Virus record (IMG/VR): IMGVR_UViG_3300028886_000031
Coordinates: 32,001-96,000 of that record
Reading direction: 5' to 3' (one strand)
Length of the DNA: 64,000 nucleotides
DNA from: a virus
Lineage: Duplodnaviria; Heunggongvirae; Uroviricota; Caudoviricetes
Under the pieces are notes generated by a model. That model saw nothing but the letters and a program-made list of their open reading frames with translations. It was not told the origin of the DNA and ran no database searches. Position numbers and translations under genes: made by a program. Shown here piece after piece: positions 19,642 through 30,390 of this stretch; position 1 is the first letter of the stretch; every line of letters begins with the position of its first letter.

Positions 19642-22600
19642 ATGATTAGACTAGATAAACTTAAACTTTTTCCATTCAGAACACAGGAAATTTTCTTTCC
19701 TGGAACTGGATCTGCTGATGTTCCTTTAAATATTGTATTCTTCCCAGAGAATTCGAATTTTAATTTGGCATATAGAAAGCTTAGAATACAGAAGCGTTTT
19801 GCTAGGTATGGAACTGTTGTTCCAGCAAAAATTCCAAGACTAATGTGGAATAGAGAAATTATTTCACAATACATGTTGTTTAGGATGCTTCCAATTAGAA
19901 ATTTTAATCCTCAGATTAAAAATGTCTTTTTTGATACAACAATGTATCTATCTAAAGTGGATGCTAGATATAAAAAAGGATCTTACAGACGTCCACTTGT
20001 TCTAGAAAAGATACAGGAATATTTGAAATCCATTAGTTCTATATGGCCTGCTAGAGAGAATGTTCTTATTTATTATGTGGATACAACACAGAATATTCCA
20101 GAACTCATATATAATAAACGTGCTTGGATATTAATGGATGGATTTAAAAAAGGAGAGTTAATGGGATTCCATTACATTCTTCTCTGTGTATATAATGGAA
20201 AAAAGACTGTTTATTATTGTCTTAAAAATACAGAAAAATGTCTTCCATGGACAAGGTTATTTACAATATTCCAGACTTTAAAACACAAGATTGATAGTAA
20301 TGCTCTAGAACAATCTGTTAATGATATAAGTGATGATGTTATTATAACATCTAAACTAGACGAGGATGATGTCACAAGCAATATTATTAATACGGATAAT
20401 AAGACTGGAATATTTAGTAATATTCAAACTACACAGAAACAAGAGGTCTTAAATAATAAGGATCAGCCTCAACAAAAAGTAGAAAAGATAGATGTAATAG
20501 GAATTGATAAATTAGATGTTTCAAAAAATGAAGAAAAGACAAAGAACATTGTTAAACAGTTTCTTTATAATAAACCGAAGTTAACATCAGCGTTAAAGAA
20601 GCAACCGATTACACCATATACATCACAAAAATTAATTTTAACATCTATTCTTCAAAAGAATTTTAAAGATACAAAGTTAGTTAGAAATGCAGTTCAAAAA
20701 ATAGATCCAAAGAACTATAAACTAGCAATTGATAATTTAAAGTCTACAGTTGTTCCGAATATAGTGGAACATGATAAGTATGAAAACAATGCTAGAGAGT
20801 ATGTCTACTGTGATAGTCATATTAATGACATTAATGATCATAAGAATCCGAGTGCTATTTTAAATAAAAGAAAAGTAGATTTCAACAAGAATTTTGAACA
20901 GGATCTTTATAATTCACTTCTTGAATTATCTAAAAATAAGAAATATCCTTTGTATATTAAGGAGATTAAATCAGAATCTATACCTATTACTCCTGGTGAT
21001 CTAAGACCATCTAAGAATAGAAGATATACAATTAGACTTATGGATGAAAAGAAAAGGATCCATGAGATTAACATAGATATTCCAGAAATACAGAAAGATG
21101 GAACATTCTTAATTAATGGCAACAGAAAGTTTTTCATGTATCAATTAATAATTGATCCTATCTTTTTCTTGGCTAAGGACGAAGGTAAACTTCAAACTGC
21201 ATATGCTACAATTACTGTATTTAGAAAAACAACCAAATATAAGTCTTATTTCGAAGCATACGTAACTGGTTACAATATTCCGTTATCACTTCTTTTTATA
21301 TACTATATTGGTTTTGATCAGATGTGTAAGTTGTTCGGTATTAAATATGAAAAGACAACGGAAGAAATTGCTAAACAACAAGATTGCTATTATATACCTT
21401 TCTTGGATAAGAATGCTATAATTTTTCCAAATTATAAAGGTTTGGATACAATTCCAGCTTATGTCTATTCATTACTGGAATCTATTAAGGAAATTAAAGC
21501 ATTAAATAGTATAAACGATTTATATGATAAGAATTCTATAGCTAATCTGTTAATAGAACAGACTCAAAACAGAAATAGTTTGTTTAAAATAGATCAGATA
21601 TTGAAAAATATTATGGAGCCTATTGCTGTTCAAATATTAAAGGCAAAGATGCTTCCTACGCAATTGGCTAGATGTTTACTTTATATCTGCGTTAATATAG
21701 CAAATGGGAGAGTAGATGATAGAAATGATATAAGCAAGCAGAGAATACGTTGTTCTGAAGTCATGTCATATCAGATACAGAAACAATTACAGAAGTCCTA
21801 TTCTCAATACGAAATGGATAGGGAACATGGAAATGATAATGCTGTATTCTTCTGTGACACGAAAGATATTATTAGCAAGATTCTAGTTGGAACAAAGATT
21901 GTCTCACAAAGTGGCGAGTCTGGATCTTCTTCTTTGGTTAGAGAGTTGGATAATGCAAATCCGTACGATGAACTTGCTTGTATGACTGCTATTACGCCAA
22001 CTGGAGATGGAGGTGTACAGAATGCTGATGGATTGACAATGGATTTCAGAAATACACATCCAACATATTATGGAAATATAGATGCTTGTGATACCCCAGA
22101 GGGAAACAACATTGGTATTCTAAACCATTTGACTGTAGATGCTTTAATCGGTAATAGTAGAGGAAGTTTTGGTAAGGTAGAAGAAGGAAATGATGTAGGT
22201 ACGGGATCTCTATCTGCATGTACAGTATCTGTTCCATTTGTTAACCATGATGATGGATGTCGTGTAATGCTCTCTTGTTCGCAAGGAAAACAGGCGATCC
22301 CTATCATTGGTAACGAGAAACCTTTGGTTCAAACTGGGTACGAGACAATAATGACATCGATGCTAACAGAATCTTATGTTAAGAAGGCGTATTTTGATGG
22401 TGTTGTTAGTAAGGTAACTCCAAACTCTATTGTTATTACGTCTAAAACTGGTCAAAATCAAATAGTGGAATTTGACCATCCAATTTTAAAGACTTCTGTT
22501 GGACAGATTAAAGGTTCTTTAAACTCATTCCATTCTGTTGTCCAAGTTGGACAAACTGTTAAAGAAGGACAGATAGTTGCCGAAGGTAAGCATATTAAGG

Positions 22601-23970
22601 ATGGTATTATTTCTGTGGGATGTAATCTCTTGGTTGCTGTTATGGGATGGAAAGGATATGCTTTTGAAGATGGCTATATTATATCAGAAAATGTAGCGAA
22701 AAGTAAATTTACATCTACTTCATATGAAGAAAAAGAGGTTCTTATTACATCTGATGATGATGTAAAGTATATTGCTGAATGTGGTCAGTTTACACAATCT
22801 GGAGATACATTGTTAATTAGAACATCTAAAAACATCCAAGAAATACTTGGAATAGATTCTAGTGAAGTAATAGATGGACAACATATATTAAAATCTCCTG
22901 GAGGAAAAATTATTGATATAGAGATATATCCAAATATTTCTATTTCTAAGTTTCCAGTATTAAGAGCTGAGTATGAAAGATTTAAGGCTAAGTATCAAGA
23001 AACAAAAGGAGAATTCCCGAAGAAGTTCTTTAATGCTAAATCTGGTGATAATGGACCATTCCAAGGAATTAGAATTGTATTTAAAATAGAACGTTATGAT
23101 TCTTGTGTTCTTGGTGATAAGATTGCTAACAGTCATGGTGGAAAAGGAACTCTGACCATGATCGAAAAAGATGAAAATATGCCAATAACTCCTTGGGGTG
23201 AAAAAGTAGATATTTTATTTAATCCATTGGCTGTTGTTAATAGAATGAATCCAGGAACAATTTATGAACTTTATACTGGTTTAATTGCCAAATGCCTTGC
23301 TAGAAGATTTGTACAATTTGGATATAATAAGAATGATAAAGCCATAGCCCTAGCATCTAAAGTATATGAGTTAATGGATAATACAAAGAATAAGGTTCTG
23401 AGTACAAACTTAATTAAATCATTAAAAGCATTAACAAATCAACAATACACAAAGTTTGTAAATCAGATTATAGATGATAACTATGTTATGCCGATTTATG
23501 TTCCACAATTTCAAGAACCAACAATACAGATGATAGAAGAAACTATGAAATTCCTTGGTCTTAAAAAGAGATATTATCTCGATTTACCGGAATTTAAGAG
23601 TAAAACTCTAGAGCCTGTTGCTGTTGGATATCTATATTATAAGAAATTGGAACAACAAGCCGAATATAAACAATCTGTAAGATCTACAGGTAGGTATAAT
23701 CAGGCAACTGGTCAGGCAACGCAAGGTAAATCAGCTGGTGGTGGACAGAGAGTTGGTGAAATGGATACATGGTGTCTTATTTCACATGGTGCAGAAACGA
23801 CATTAAAGGAACTTATGGGTGGTCTTTCCGATGATATGGCTACAAAGAATGAGATGATATCTGATATTATTAATAATGGCTATACTGAATATAAAGAACC
23901 TAGACGTTCTCCATCTACGGAAAGATTGAAAGTGTATCTTACAGGAACCATGATAGAGACGGATTTCTAA
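19642..23970 (+). CDS. rpoB: DNA-directed RNA polymerase beta-like subunit, set 1, with N-terminal extension
   Basis: GTFLING, DTPEGNNIG, GYAFEDG, GDKIANSHGGKG, NPLAVVNRMN, GGQRVGEMD. Confidence 0.95.
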   Translation: MIRLDKLKLFPFRTQEIFFPGTGSADVPLNIVFFPENSNFNLAYRKLRIQKRFARYGTVVPAKIPRLMWNREIISQYMLFRMLPIRNFNPQIKNVFFDTTMYLSKVDARYKKGSYRRPLVLEKIQEYLKSISSIWPARENVLIYYVDTTQNIPELIYNKRAWILMDGFKKGELMGFHYILLCVYNGKKTVYYCLKNTEKCLPWTRLFTIFQTLKHKIDSNALEQSVNDISDDVIITSKLDEDDVTSNIINTDNKTGIFSNIQTTQKQEVLNNKDQPQQKVEKIDVIGIDKLDVSKNEEKTKNIVKQFLYNKPKLTSALKKQPITPYTSQKLILTSILQKNFKDTKLVRNAVQKIDPKNYKLAIDNLKSTVVPNIVEHDKYENNAREYVYCDSHINDINDHKNPSAILNKRKVDFNKNFEQDLYNSLLELSKNKKYPLYIKEIKSESIPITPGDLRPSKNRRYTIRLMDEKKRIHEINIDIPEIQKDGTFLINGNRKFFMYQLIIDPIFFLAKDEGKLQTAYATITVFRKTTKYKSYFEAYVTGYNIPLSLLFIYYIGFDQMCKLFGIKYEKTTEEIAKQQDCYYIPFLDKNAIIFPNYKGLDTIPAYVYSLLESIKEIKALNSINDLYDKNSIANLLIEQTQNRNSLFKIDQILKNIMEPIAVQILKAKMLPTQLARCLLYICVNIANGRVDDRNDISKQRIRCSEVMSYQIQKQLQKSYSQYEMDREHGNDNAVFFCDTKDIISKILVGTKIVSQSGESGSSSLVRELDNANPYDELACMTAITPTGDGGVQNADGLTMDFRNTHPTYYGNIDACDTPEGNNIGILNHLTVDALIGNSRGSFGKVEEGNDVGTGSLSACTVSVPFVNHDDGCRVMLSCSQGKQAIPIIGNEKPLVQTGYETIMTSMLTESYVKKAYFDGVVSKVTPNSIVITSKTGQNQIVEFDHPILKTSVGQIKGSLNSFHSVVQVGQTVKEGQIVAEGKHIKDGIISVGCNLLVAVMGWKGYAFEDGYIISENVAKSKFTSTSYEEKEVLITSDDDVKYIAECGQFTQSGDTLLIRTSKNIQEILGIDSSEVIDGQHILKSPGGKIIDIEIYPNISISKFPVLRAEYERFKAKYQETKGEFPKKFFNAKSGDNGPFQGIRIVFKIERYDSCVLGDKIANSHGGKGTLTMIEKDENMPITPWGEKVDILFNPLAVVNRMNPGTIYELYTGLIAKCLARRFVQFGYNKNDKAIALASKVYELMDNTKNKVLSTNLIKSLKALTNQQYTKFVNQIIDDNYVMPIYVPQFQEPTIQMIEETMKFLGLKKRYYLDLPEFKSKTLEPVAVGYLYYKKLEQQAEYKQSVRSTGRYNQATGQATQGKSAGGGQRVGEMDTWCLISHGAETTLKELMGGLSDDMATKNEMISDIINNGYTEYKEPRRSPSTERLKVYLTGTMIETDF

Positions 23971-24001
23971 TCATGAATAAATTTAAATTAACGTTAATTT
24001 T

Positions 24002-24694
24002 ATGGATATAAGAATGAAAAAGAAAACACAAAAACAAAATAGGCAGTACGATTGTTTTGTTGTTAGTGAATCTTTTGGTGGACAAGCTCTAAAGGGTTTG
24101 CAACATTTTTCTAGAGCTAGTTATGGTCAAGCTGCTTTGAGAGGTGCTGGAGTTGGAGCTTCCGTTGGCGGTGTTGGAAATATGGTCAACAATGTTATGA
24201 AAAGAGATGATGATCCAACAAAAGTCGGGCTCGGAAAGGCGTTTATAAAAGGCGCTGCTGGAGGTGCTACAACAGGTGCTGCACTTGGCATGGGTACTAG
24301 ATTCGTAACAAATAGACAATTTGCACAGGATGCTATGCAAAATTTGGCACAAAAGGTCCATGCAGAGAAAGTTACAGCTGCTGGAAGACAGGCAGCGAAT
24401 AATGCTGTTAAATCTGGTATAACAGATCCAAGACGCGTTGGTGAAGAAGTTAGAAAAGCTGAGATTGCTGCAAACCAATCATTTGCTAAAGAATATGGCT
24501 ATAAATATTTTCAGGGTAAGCATGGTGGTCCAGACCAATTAAAGATTACTACAGGACAAGTTCCATGGACTGGTGAAGCTAAAGCCGCACGTAGACGCTA
24601 TTACGATTTACAAAGTTTTGTACCAGATTATATAGCTGGTGAAGAAAGACAGTTACCTGAAGTTCTTACACAAGCAGCCAATAGAAGATATTAA
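24002..24694 (+). CDS. Basic Gly/Ala-rich protein with glycine zippers (possible ejected internal virion protein)
   Basis: GAGVGASVGGVG and GAAGGATTGAALGMG. Confidence 0.5.
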   Translation: MDIRMKKKTQKQNRQYDCFVVSESFGGQALKGLQHFSRASYGQAALRGAGVGASVGGVGNMVNNVMKRDDDPTKVGLGKAFIKGAAGGATTGAALGMGTRFVTNRQFAQDAMQNLAQKVHAEKVTAAGRQAANNAVKSGITDPRRVGEEVRKAEIAANQSFAKEYGYKYFQGKHGGPDQLKITTGQVPWTGEAKAARRRYYDLQSFVPDYIAGEERQLPEVLTQAANRRY

Positions 24695-24698
24695 TAAA

Positions 24699-25328
24699 AT
24701 GCTAGATGATAAGTTAGTAGATTATATTAGTGCTATTAAATCACCATTTGAGGAAGAAAATGAAACCCAACAGGATTTAGAGTATGACGGATATATGAAA
24801 TATTTCCGGGATTGTATGATTAAATCTGTTGGAACTAAAGAATCAGCAATACAATTTGATTTGTATTGGGATGAATTTAAATCAAGTTGTGACGAACAGC
24901 AATTTAGACAGTTTCTAAGTAATGTACTTAATTCCATCATTAAACATTATAAAATGTCATATTTAAGTTCTCTATTACAAGAGAATGAATATTCAGATGA
25001 TGATATTATAGATTTCATAAACTTTATAGTATACAACAACTGGTTAGAATATTTTCCGAGATGTCTTGATTATATAGATGAAAAAATATTAACGAATGAT
25101 TCTATGGTTAAGATATTCTTAACAAGTGATTATGATAATTTTATATCTAAACTAGATAAGTATAAAAGATGTAATATTTTAATAAGAGAATATTTTAAGT
25201 ATTGTAGTAAAGATGATGGCGTAGAAACATTAAGATTAATTCTAAAAGATGATATGTTATCTAACTTTATAGAACAATTTAACCTGAAAAATAAACAAAA
25301 GGAAAGTAATAATGTTCAAGATCATTAA
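24699..25328 (+). CDS. Hypothetical protein
   Basis: Likely start MLDDKL just after the upstream stop. Confidence 0.55.
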   Translation: MLDDKLVDYISAIKSPFEEENETQQDLEYDGYMKYFRDCMIKSVGTKESAIQFDLYWDEFKSSCDEQQFRQFLSNVLNSIIKHYKMSYLSSLLQENEYSDDDIIDFINFIVYNNWLEYFPRCLDYIDEKILTNDSMVKIFLTSDYDNFISKLDKYKRCNILIREYFKYCSKDDGVETLRLILKDDMLSNFIEQFNLKNKQKESNNVQDH

Positions 25329-25695
25329 ATACGGTTGTGAATATAACATAACCAAAAAATGTCTGGCATCTATTGATGCTACATATGATGGAATAATAGT
25401 TAGACTCAATGATAATACAGAGCTACGTTTTTCTATGAATGTTAGTCCGCAGGTCAAAGCAATTATTCCGATTGCTAAGATCTCAAGTTCTGATAATGTT
25501 ATTCTAAATTTAGATAACGCCATTTCTGGAAAGTATGATTCCGTACTTCAACTTGGTGCTGCTGACACAAATACAGTCACACCTCAAGTAATTATTATTC
25601 CAAATAAAACAAGCGAAGCAACATCTTCTGTGGAACAACCTAAGCCAAAGCACAGGGGTGGTCGTCCAAAGAAAGATGCTTCAAAAAATAAATAA
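25312..25695 (+). CDS. Hypothetical protein with C-terminal AT-hook-like motif
   Basis: AAGGA RBS; KHRGGRPKK near the C-terminus. Confidence 0.55.
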   Translation: MFKIIKYGCEYNITKKCLASIDATYDGIIVRLNDNTELRFSMNVSPQVKAIIPIAKISSSDNVILNLDNAISGKYDSVLQLGAADTNTVTPQVIIIPNKTSEATSSVEQPKPKHRGGRPKKDASKNK

Positions 25696-25791
25696 GTTAT
25701 TTAAATGTTTCAGAAATTCAATATATATTAATTTTTGGAATATATAGAATATTATTTTTGTTTTCATTTAAAAGCAAAAAGGAATTCAACA

Positions 25792-26682
25792 ATGTCACTA
25801 ATCAACGCAAGCAGCTATGAAAATCTAAATGCCGTTTCTGCAAATGGAATGCGGCAGAGAAATCCAACTAAGTTTTTTAATACATTTATCAGTTCAGATA
25901 GACGTGGTCAGATGAATGGTGGTTTTTATCACTGTCCGGCAGGATTTGGAGATGATAACCAGAAGTTCTTTGTATTAAATCAAGATGTCGTTTATTTTAT
26001 TCCGCTCTATGTTAAGAAATATTGGGCTAAATACACTCAGGTGAAAGACAAGAATGGTCAGGAATATCCATCTTGTATTGCTTTTGGATGGGATGATAAG
26101 GTCAAGAAGATAGAAGGTGCAAAGACAGAGTATATTATTGCTGGATATCTGTGGGATAAAGATAAGAAGAATATTGTCAAGCACCAGGAAGACATGGAGG
26201 AGAATGAAATTCATGCTGGAGATCCTGTCATGATCTATTTCCGTTGCAAGGGTATTAAGTGTAATTGTGCATTTAATTTCTTGAAACGTGTAAATGAGGC
26301 AGCGAAGAATCTATCACCTCTATCGGATAATCCTACGTTCGAGACGAATGTCATCAATCCTAGAAGGTTCTTGATTAAGGCTACCATTGGTCAGTCTGAG
26401 CCTATCCATAATAGACGTTTCAAGATATTTGATTTTTATCCAGATATGCAACTTCCGGATGAACTCGTTCTTAAGATTTTGGATGCTTCTAACAATAAGC
26501 ATTTAGAAGATTTTAACAAGCAGTTTGATAAGACGGAAGAGATTAAATCTGGTGTGACGGTAAATTCAGAGTCTGATGTTCCATCTGCTCCTATAACTCA
26601 GAAGGTTGAAGAGGTAGATGTTCCGGATATGAGTGCCGATCATAATCCAGGAGATAGTTTTAACATAGATCTTAACTTCTAG
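25792..26682 (+). CDS. Putative single-stranded DNA-binding protein
   Basis: AAGGA RBS; beta-rich core with an acidic tail ending DSFNIDLNF; first gene of the replication module. Confidence 0.45.
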   Translation: MSLINASSYENLNAVSANGMRQRNPTKFFNTFISSDRRGQMNGGFYHCPAGFGDDNQKFFVLNQDVVYFIPLYVKKYWAKYTQVKDKNGQEYPSCIAFGWDDKVKKIEGAKTEYIIAGYLWDKDKKNIVKHQEDMEENEIHAGDPVMIYFRCKGIKCNCAFNFLKRVNEAAKNLSPLSDNPTFETNVINPRRFLIKATIGQSEPIHNRRFKIFDFYPDMQLPDELVLKILDASNNKHLEDFNKQFDKTEEIKSGVTVNSESDVPSAPITQKVEEVDVPDMSADHNPGDSFNIDLNF

Positions 26683-26705
26683 ATAACAGAAGCTTAAGTT
26701 CTAAA

Positions 26706-26741
26706 GTTCAGCCATGTATGTTCTTACATACATGGCTGAGC
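26706..26741 (+). terminator. 16-bp stem-loop after the SSB-like gene
   Basis: GTTCAGCCATGTATGT-tctt-ACATACATGGCTGAGC; no clear U-tract. Confidence 0.6.
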
Positions 26742-26751
26742 ACTTACGCCT

Positions 26752-27654
26752 ATGTTTTCTTCTAATCTTAAAAACAATATAGATAAAATTTATCTAAAAG
26801 TTTGTGATAATAGTTGTGAGGTTTTTATAGATATAGATAAATTTACGGAATTCATAGAATATATCAAGAAAATTAACAATGTTAAAATAATATTAGATAC
26901 AACAACACTTAAATATAAAAATTTAAATGAACTAATTGAATGTCTAAATTTAAGCGGATTGGATTATATAATTCATTGTAATGATTATAATGATTTTGTA
27001 TATCTAAATAATATATACTATATGATCTATAATCTAACATTACATGTTCCTGGTGATCTTGGAAATACAATATATAGATCAGATAACATAAATTATGTGA
27101 ATTTATATCATAAACTTCAGAACTTAAATATTCATAATGTTTTAAATTTTACAACAACTATTTTTATAGATAAGAAGAACGCATATAAGATATATGAGAC
27201 GTTGTCTATGTTATCTAAATTCAATATTAGTTCATATCTATATATAAAAGATTATACTCGATCTGTAAATTATGATAATCCAAATTTAACAAGCGTAATT
27301 AATTGTCTACAGCCTTCTATTGGCTATAGATTAGCGTTGGATAATATCATAGACAATAAAGAATTGCTAATCAGTAATAGACGGGAATTAAACTTTATAT
27401 ATAACAATCTAGATAAGAAAGATTTAAAATGTAAGATTAATTCAGATCTAAATTTTATTTCTATTAACGAGAAATTTCAAATTAGATTATGTAATAACAT
27501 AGAAGGAAAAAAATGTTCACAACTTAATCCTTTCGAATGTATAGATGATAATGGATATCCAACAGAGAAATTTCTAAATTATATAAAAGAAGATTATAAG
27601 GATTTGTGTTGTGGTTGTAACTGTTATCAAAAATACAATGAAAGGAGTGTATAA
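26752..27654 (+). CDS. Degenerate radical-SAM/SPASM-like protein
   Basis: C-terminal SPASM-like C...ISI..K.QIRLC...C...CCGCNC; no CxxxCxxC motif. Confidence 0.35.
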   Translation: MFSSNLKNNIDKIYLKVCDNSCEVFIDIDKFTEFIEYIKKINNVKIILDTTTLKYKNLNELIECLNLSGLDYIIHCNDYNDFVYLNNIYYMIYNLTLHVPGDLGNTIYRSDNINYVNLYHKLQNLNIHNVLNFTTTIFIDKKNAYKIYETLSMLSKFNISSYLYIKDYTRSVNYDNPNLTSVINCLQPSIGYRLALDNIIDNKELLISNRRELNFIYNNLDKKDLKCKINSDLNFISINEKFQIRLCNNIEGKKCSQLNPFECIDDNGYPTEKFLNYIKEDYKDLCCGCNCYQKYNERSV

Positions 27655-27845
27655 TGGAAGTCATAATTCCAGAAGTTGTTTTTCCGGAAGATGAAGTTAG
27701 AAATAAGAAGAAAAAAGAAAAAGCACCTTCTATGATTGGATATTTATTTAGATTTTGGTTCTTTCTTTTTATTATTAATATAATAAAGCATGCTTGGTTA
27801 ATATTGGTTATTATCCTAATATGGATAATTAGACTTCTTGTATAG
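27654..27845 (+). CDS. Small membrane protein
   Basis: AAGGAG RBS; basic stretch followed by two hydrophobic segments. Confidence 0.6.
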   Translation: MEVIIPEVVFPEDEVRNKKKKEKAPSMIGYLFRFWFFLFIINIIKHAWLILVIILIWIIRLLV

Positions 27846-27858
27846 TTTGGAGGTTTTA

Positions 27859-29688
27859 ATGAGTGAACAATACAGTGAGAAAGATATAATAACATTATCT
27901 GAAGTTGAAAGCATCCGGCAAAATCCCGGCATGTTTATTGGTTCTACAGATAATCCGAACCATTTGTTGTATGAAGCGTTAGACAACGCCCTAGACGAAG
28001 CAAACGCCGGATTTGCGGATTTAATATTAGTCTCAATAGATAACAAGAATTCCATCTTTACAGTTGCGGATAATGGTAGAGGAATTCCATTTAAGAATGA
28101 TAAGATTGTAGAAATTACCACTAAACTTTTTAGTGGTGGAAAATTTAGAAAAGGTGAATCTTCTACTTCATATAAAGCAGCTATTGGTATGCATGGAGTT
28201 GGACTTGTTGCAGTCAATGCTTTAAGTGAATGGATGGAAGTTCTTGTATATAGAGAGAATAAGAAGGTCTTTTATAGATTCGAAGATAGTAAGGTTGTAA
28301 AACATACAGAAGAGGATTTTGATAGTTCTAAAAGACCATGTTCTACATGTATTAAATTTAAGCCCATAAAGAAGTACTTTGAAGATGATAAGATAGATGT
28401 TAAACCAGTTAGAACAAGATTGGAATTGGCATCTGTTCATATAGACAAGTTAAGATTAATATCTGTTGCGGATGGCAAAAAAGAAGTCATCAAAATGACA
28501 ATGGAAGAATATTTTAACAAAAATTATTTTGGGGAAACTGATGCAAAGAATATATCTCCCATGTTTAATTTCATAGAACAGATTAAAGGTGAGGAACTGA
28601 GAATCGTTTTTGGATGGGATATGAATAAGTATTGTCCATCGGTAACTGGAGGATGTATTAATATTCTACCAGTTAAAGAGGGAACACATATAGCTTCAGC
28701 TTTATCCGTATTTCAATCTGTATTTGAAAATATTGCCAAGAAAGAAAAATTGAGTTATAATGTTAGAGACTTTATGACTGGATTTAGAATGTTTGTCAGT
28801 ATGGAATTGTATCATACTGATTTTACATCTCAATCCAAGGAAAAGTTTTCTACATCTAAGAATAAACTCGAGTTTCTATTTAAAAATGCTGAAAAGAAGA
28901 TAGAAGAGACTCTACGGTCTAATGATGAAGTATTTAACAAGATTATCTATTACATCGATAGTTATAGAAAATCTTTAACAACAAAGAAGACGATTGTTAA
29001 GAATACTGGAACTGTTAATAGATATAATACAAATATAGATGCTAAGTTAAAGGATTGTTCAAGTACAGATGTTCCAAAATGTGAATTGTATATAACAGAG
29101 GGTGATTCTGCATCTGGCGGTCTTGTTCAGTGCAGAAATCCAAAATACCATGCTATATTGGGGTTAAGAGGAAAAGTTCCAAACCTTGGGTCGAAGACTG
29201 TTAATTATTTATCAAACAAAGAGTTTGTTGAAATTATTAATGCTCTTGGAACTGGCTGTGGAAGAGACTTTGACATCTCAGGAATTAAGTATGGAAAGAT
29301 TATATTGGCAACAGATGGTGATGTAGATGGAGATCATATATCAGTTCTTTTAATAACGGCGTTCTTAAGAATGTTTCCAGAGATTATTAAGCAGGGAATT
29401 GTATATAAGGCGTTAATGCCTTTGTATGGTGTAAGAAATTTTGAAGGAAGATTCTTGCCTTTTTATACAGAGGATGAAATGAGAATATTTAAAGAATCCC
29501 ATCCGAATGTAGAAATATCTAGATATAAGGGACTTGGTGAGATGATGCCAAATCAATTAAAAGAGGTATTGCTAAATCCATCTGTTCGTAGATTACAATT
29601 GATTAAATCAGAAGAAGATTTTGAACCTATATTTAAGTTAATGACGGATTCTGAAAGTAAACGAAATCTTATCTTAGACGAAGACTAA
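27859..29688 (+). CDS. gyrB: Type IIA DNA topoisomerase subunit B (GyrB/ParE-like)
   Basis: GGAGG RBS; EALDNALDE, DNGRGIP, GMHGVG, EGDSA, LRGK, TDGDVDGDHI, RYKGLGEM. Confidence 0.93.
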   Translation: MSEQYSEKDIITLSEVESIRQNPGMFIGSTDNPNHLLYEALDNALDEANAGFADLILVSIDNKNSIFTVADNGRGIPFKNDKIVEITTKLFSGGKFRKGESSTSYKAAIGMHGVGLVAVNALSEWMEVLVYRENKKVFYRFEDSKVVKHTEEDFDSSKRPCSTCIKFKPIKKYFEDDKIDVKPVRTRLELASVHIDKLRLISVADGKKEVIKMTMEEYFNKNYFGETDAKNISPMFNFIEQIKGEELRIVFGWDMNKYCPSVTGGCINILPVKEGTHIASALSVFQSVFENIAKKEKLSYNVRDFMTGFRMFVSMELYHTDFTSQSKEKFSTSKNKLEFLFKNAEKKIEETLRSNDEVFNKIIYYIDSYRKSLTTKKTIVKNTGTVNRYNTNIDAKLKDCSSTDVPKCELYITEGDSASGGLVQCRNPKYHAILGLRGKVPNLGSKTVNYLSNKEFVEIINALGTGCGRDFDISGIKYGKIILATDGDVDGDHISVLLITAFLRMFPEIIKQGIVYKALMPLYGVRNFEGRFLPFYTEDEMRIFKESHPNVEISRYKGLGEMMPNQLKEVLLNPSVRRLQLIKSEEDFEPIFKLMTDSESKRNLILDED

Positions 29689-29716
29689 GAAGTCAAGGAG
29701 GTTCAAAAACTAAGAA

Positions 29717-30070
29717 ATGAGACTAAACAACGAGAACATTCTTAATATATTCGTAGATTATATTCCGGAGCATACTGTCAAAGAATTAACGGAAAAGTAT
29801 GATCATTTGATAATGGGGAGTAATCTATGTATTGTTCGGTATTATGAATTGTACTCGTATAATGTCTTTATATCATATTATGATAAACATGCCAGAACAT
29901 TCTTTGTTACAAACCAAAGAGATTTATGTAAAAGTGTGAGAAAACATATTAGCAAAGCAATATCCATTATTAAAGACCTCATCAAGTTAGATTCCAGTTA
30001 TTCATTAGATAGAAGTATGGATTTATCTAATTTTATTGTAGAGAACTTCGATCACTGGAGGATAGTTTAA
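29717..30070 (+). CDS. Hypothetical protein
   Basis: ORF in a packed small-gene array; AAGGAGG upstream. Confidence 0.55.
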   Translation: MRLNNENILNIFVDYIPEHTVKELTEKYDHLIMGSNLCIVRYYELYSYNVFISYYDKHARTFFVTNQRDLCKSVRKHISKAISIIKDLIKLDSSYSLDRSMDLSNFIVENFDHWRIV

Positions 30071-30390
30071 TGTCTGCTGATGATTTTTGTAAACAATACG
30101 TAAACGATATGGTAGATAATATACAGAATGTATCTGAATATCATGGAAATACACACTATCGTAATAATATATTCTATTCTTATAGAATGCCTATATGTCA
30201 ACATTTTATGTCAGGATCTCTACATTATTTTGAAATTGTAGATAAAGAGGAATCTCCTTCAGGAACTACAACTAAACATATAAACAAACTTACAAGAGCT
30301 ATACAAAAGAGAGGTGAAACTAATTCTAATATATATATAACTTATGTTCAAGAGATTATAAAACGTGAAAAAAGAAATGAACTGGACTGA
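30070..30390 (+). CDS. Hypothetical protein
   Basis: GGAGG RBS; TAATG coupling; FYSY..PI...S.TTTKHIN pattern. Confidence 0.6.
   Translation: MSADDFCKQYVNDMVDNIQNVSEYHGNTHYRNNIFYSYRMPICQHFMSGSLHYFEIVDKEESPSGTTTKHINKLTRAIQKRGETNSNIYITYVQEIIKREKRNELD

Noticed and set aside
16567-23970. Bacterial chromosomal rpoBC locus
   Set aside because: Order is beta' then beta, the subunits are highly diverged, there are two sets, no ribosomal protein genes are present, and the neighbours are phage baseplate genes
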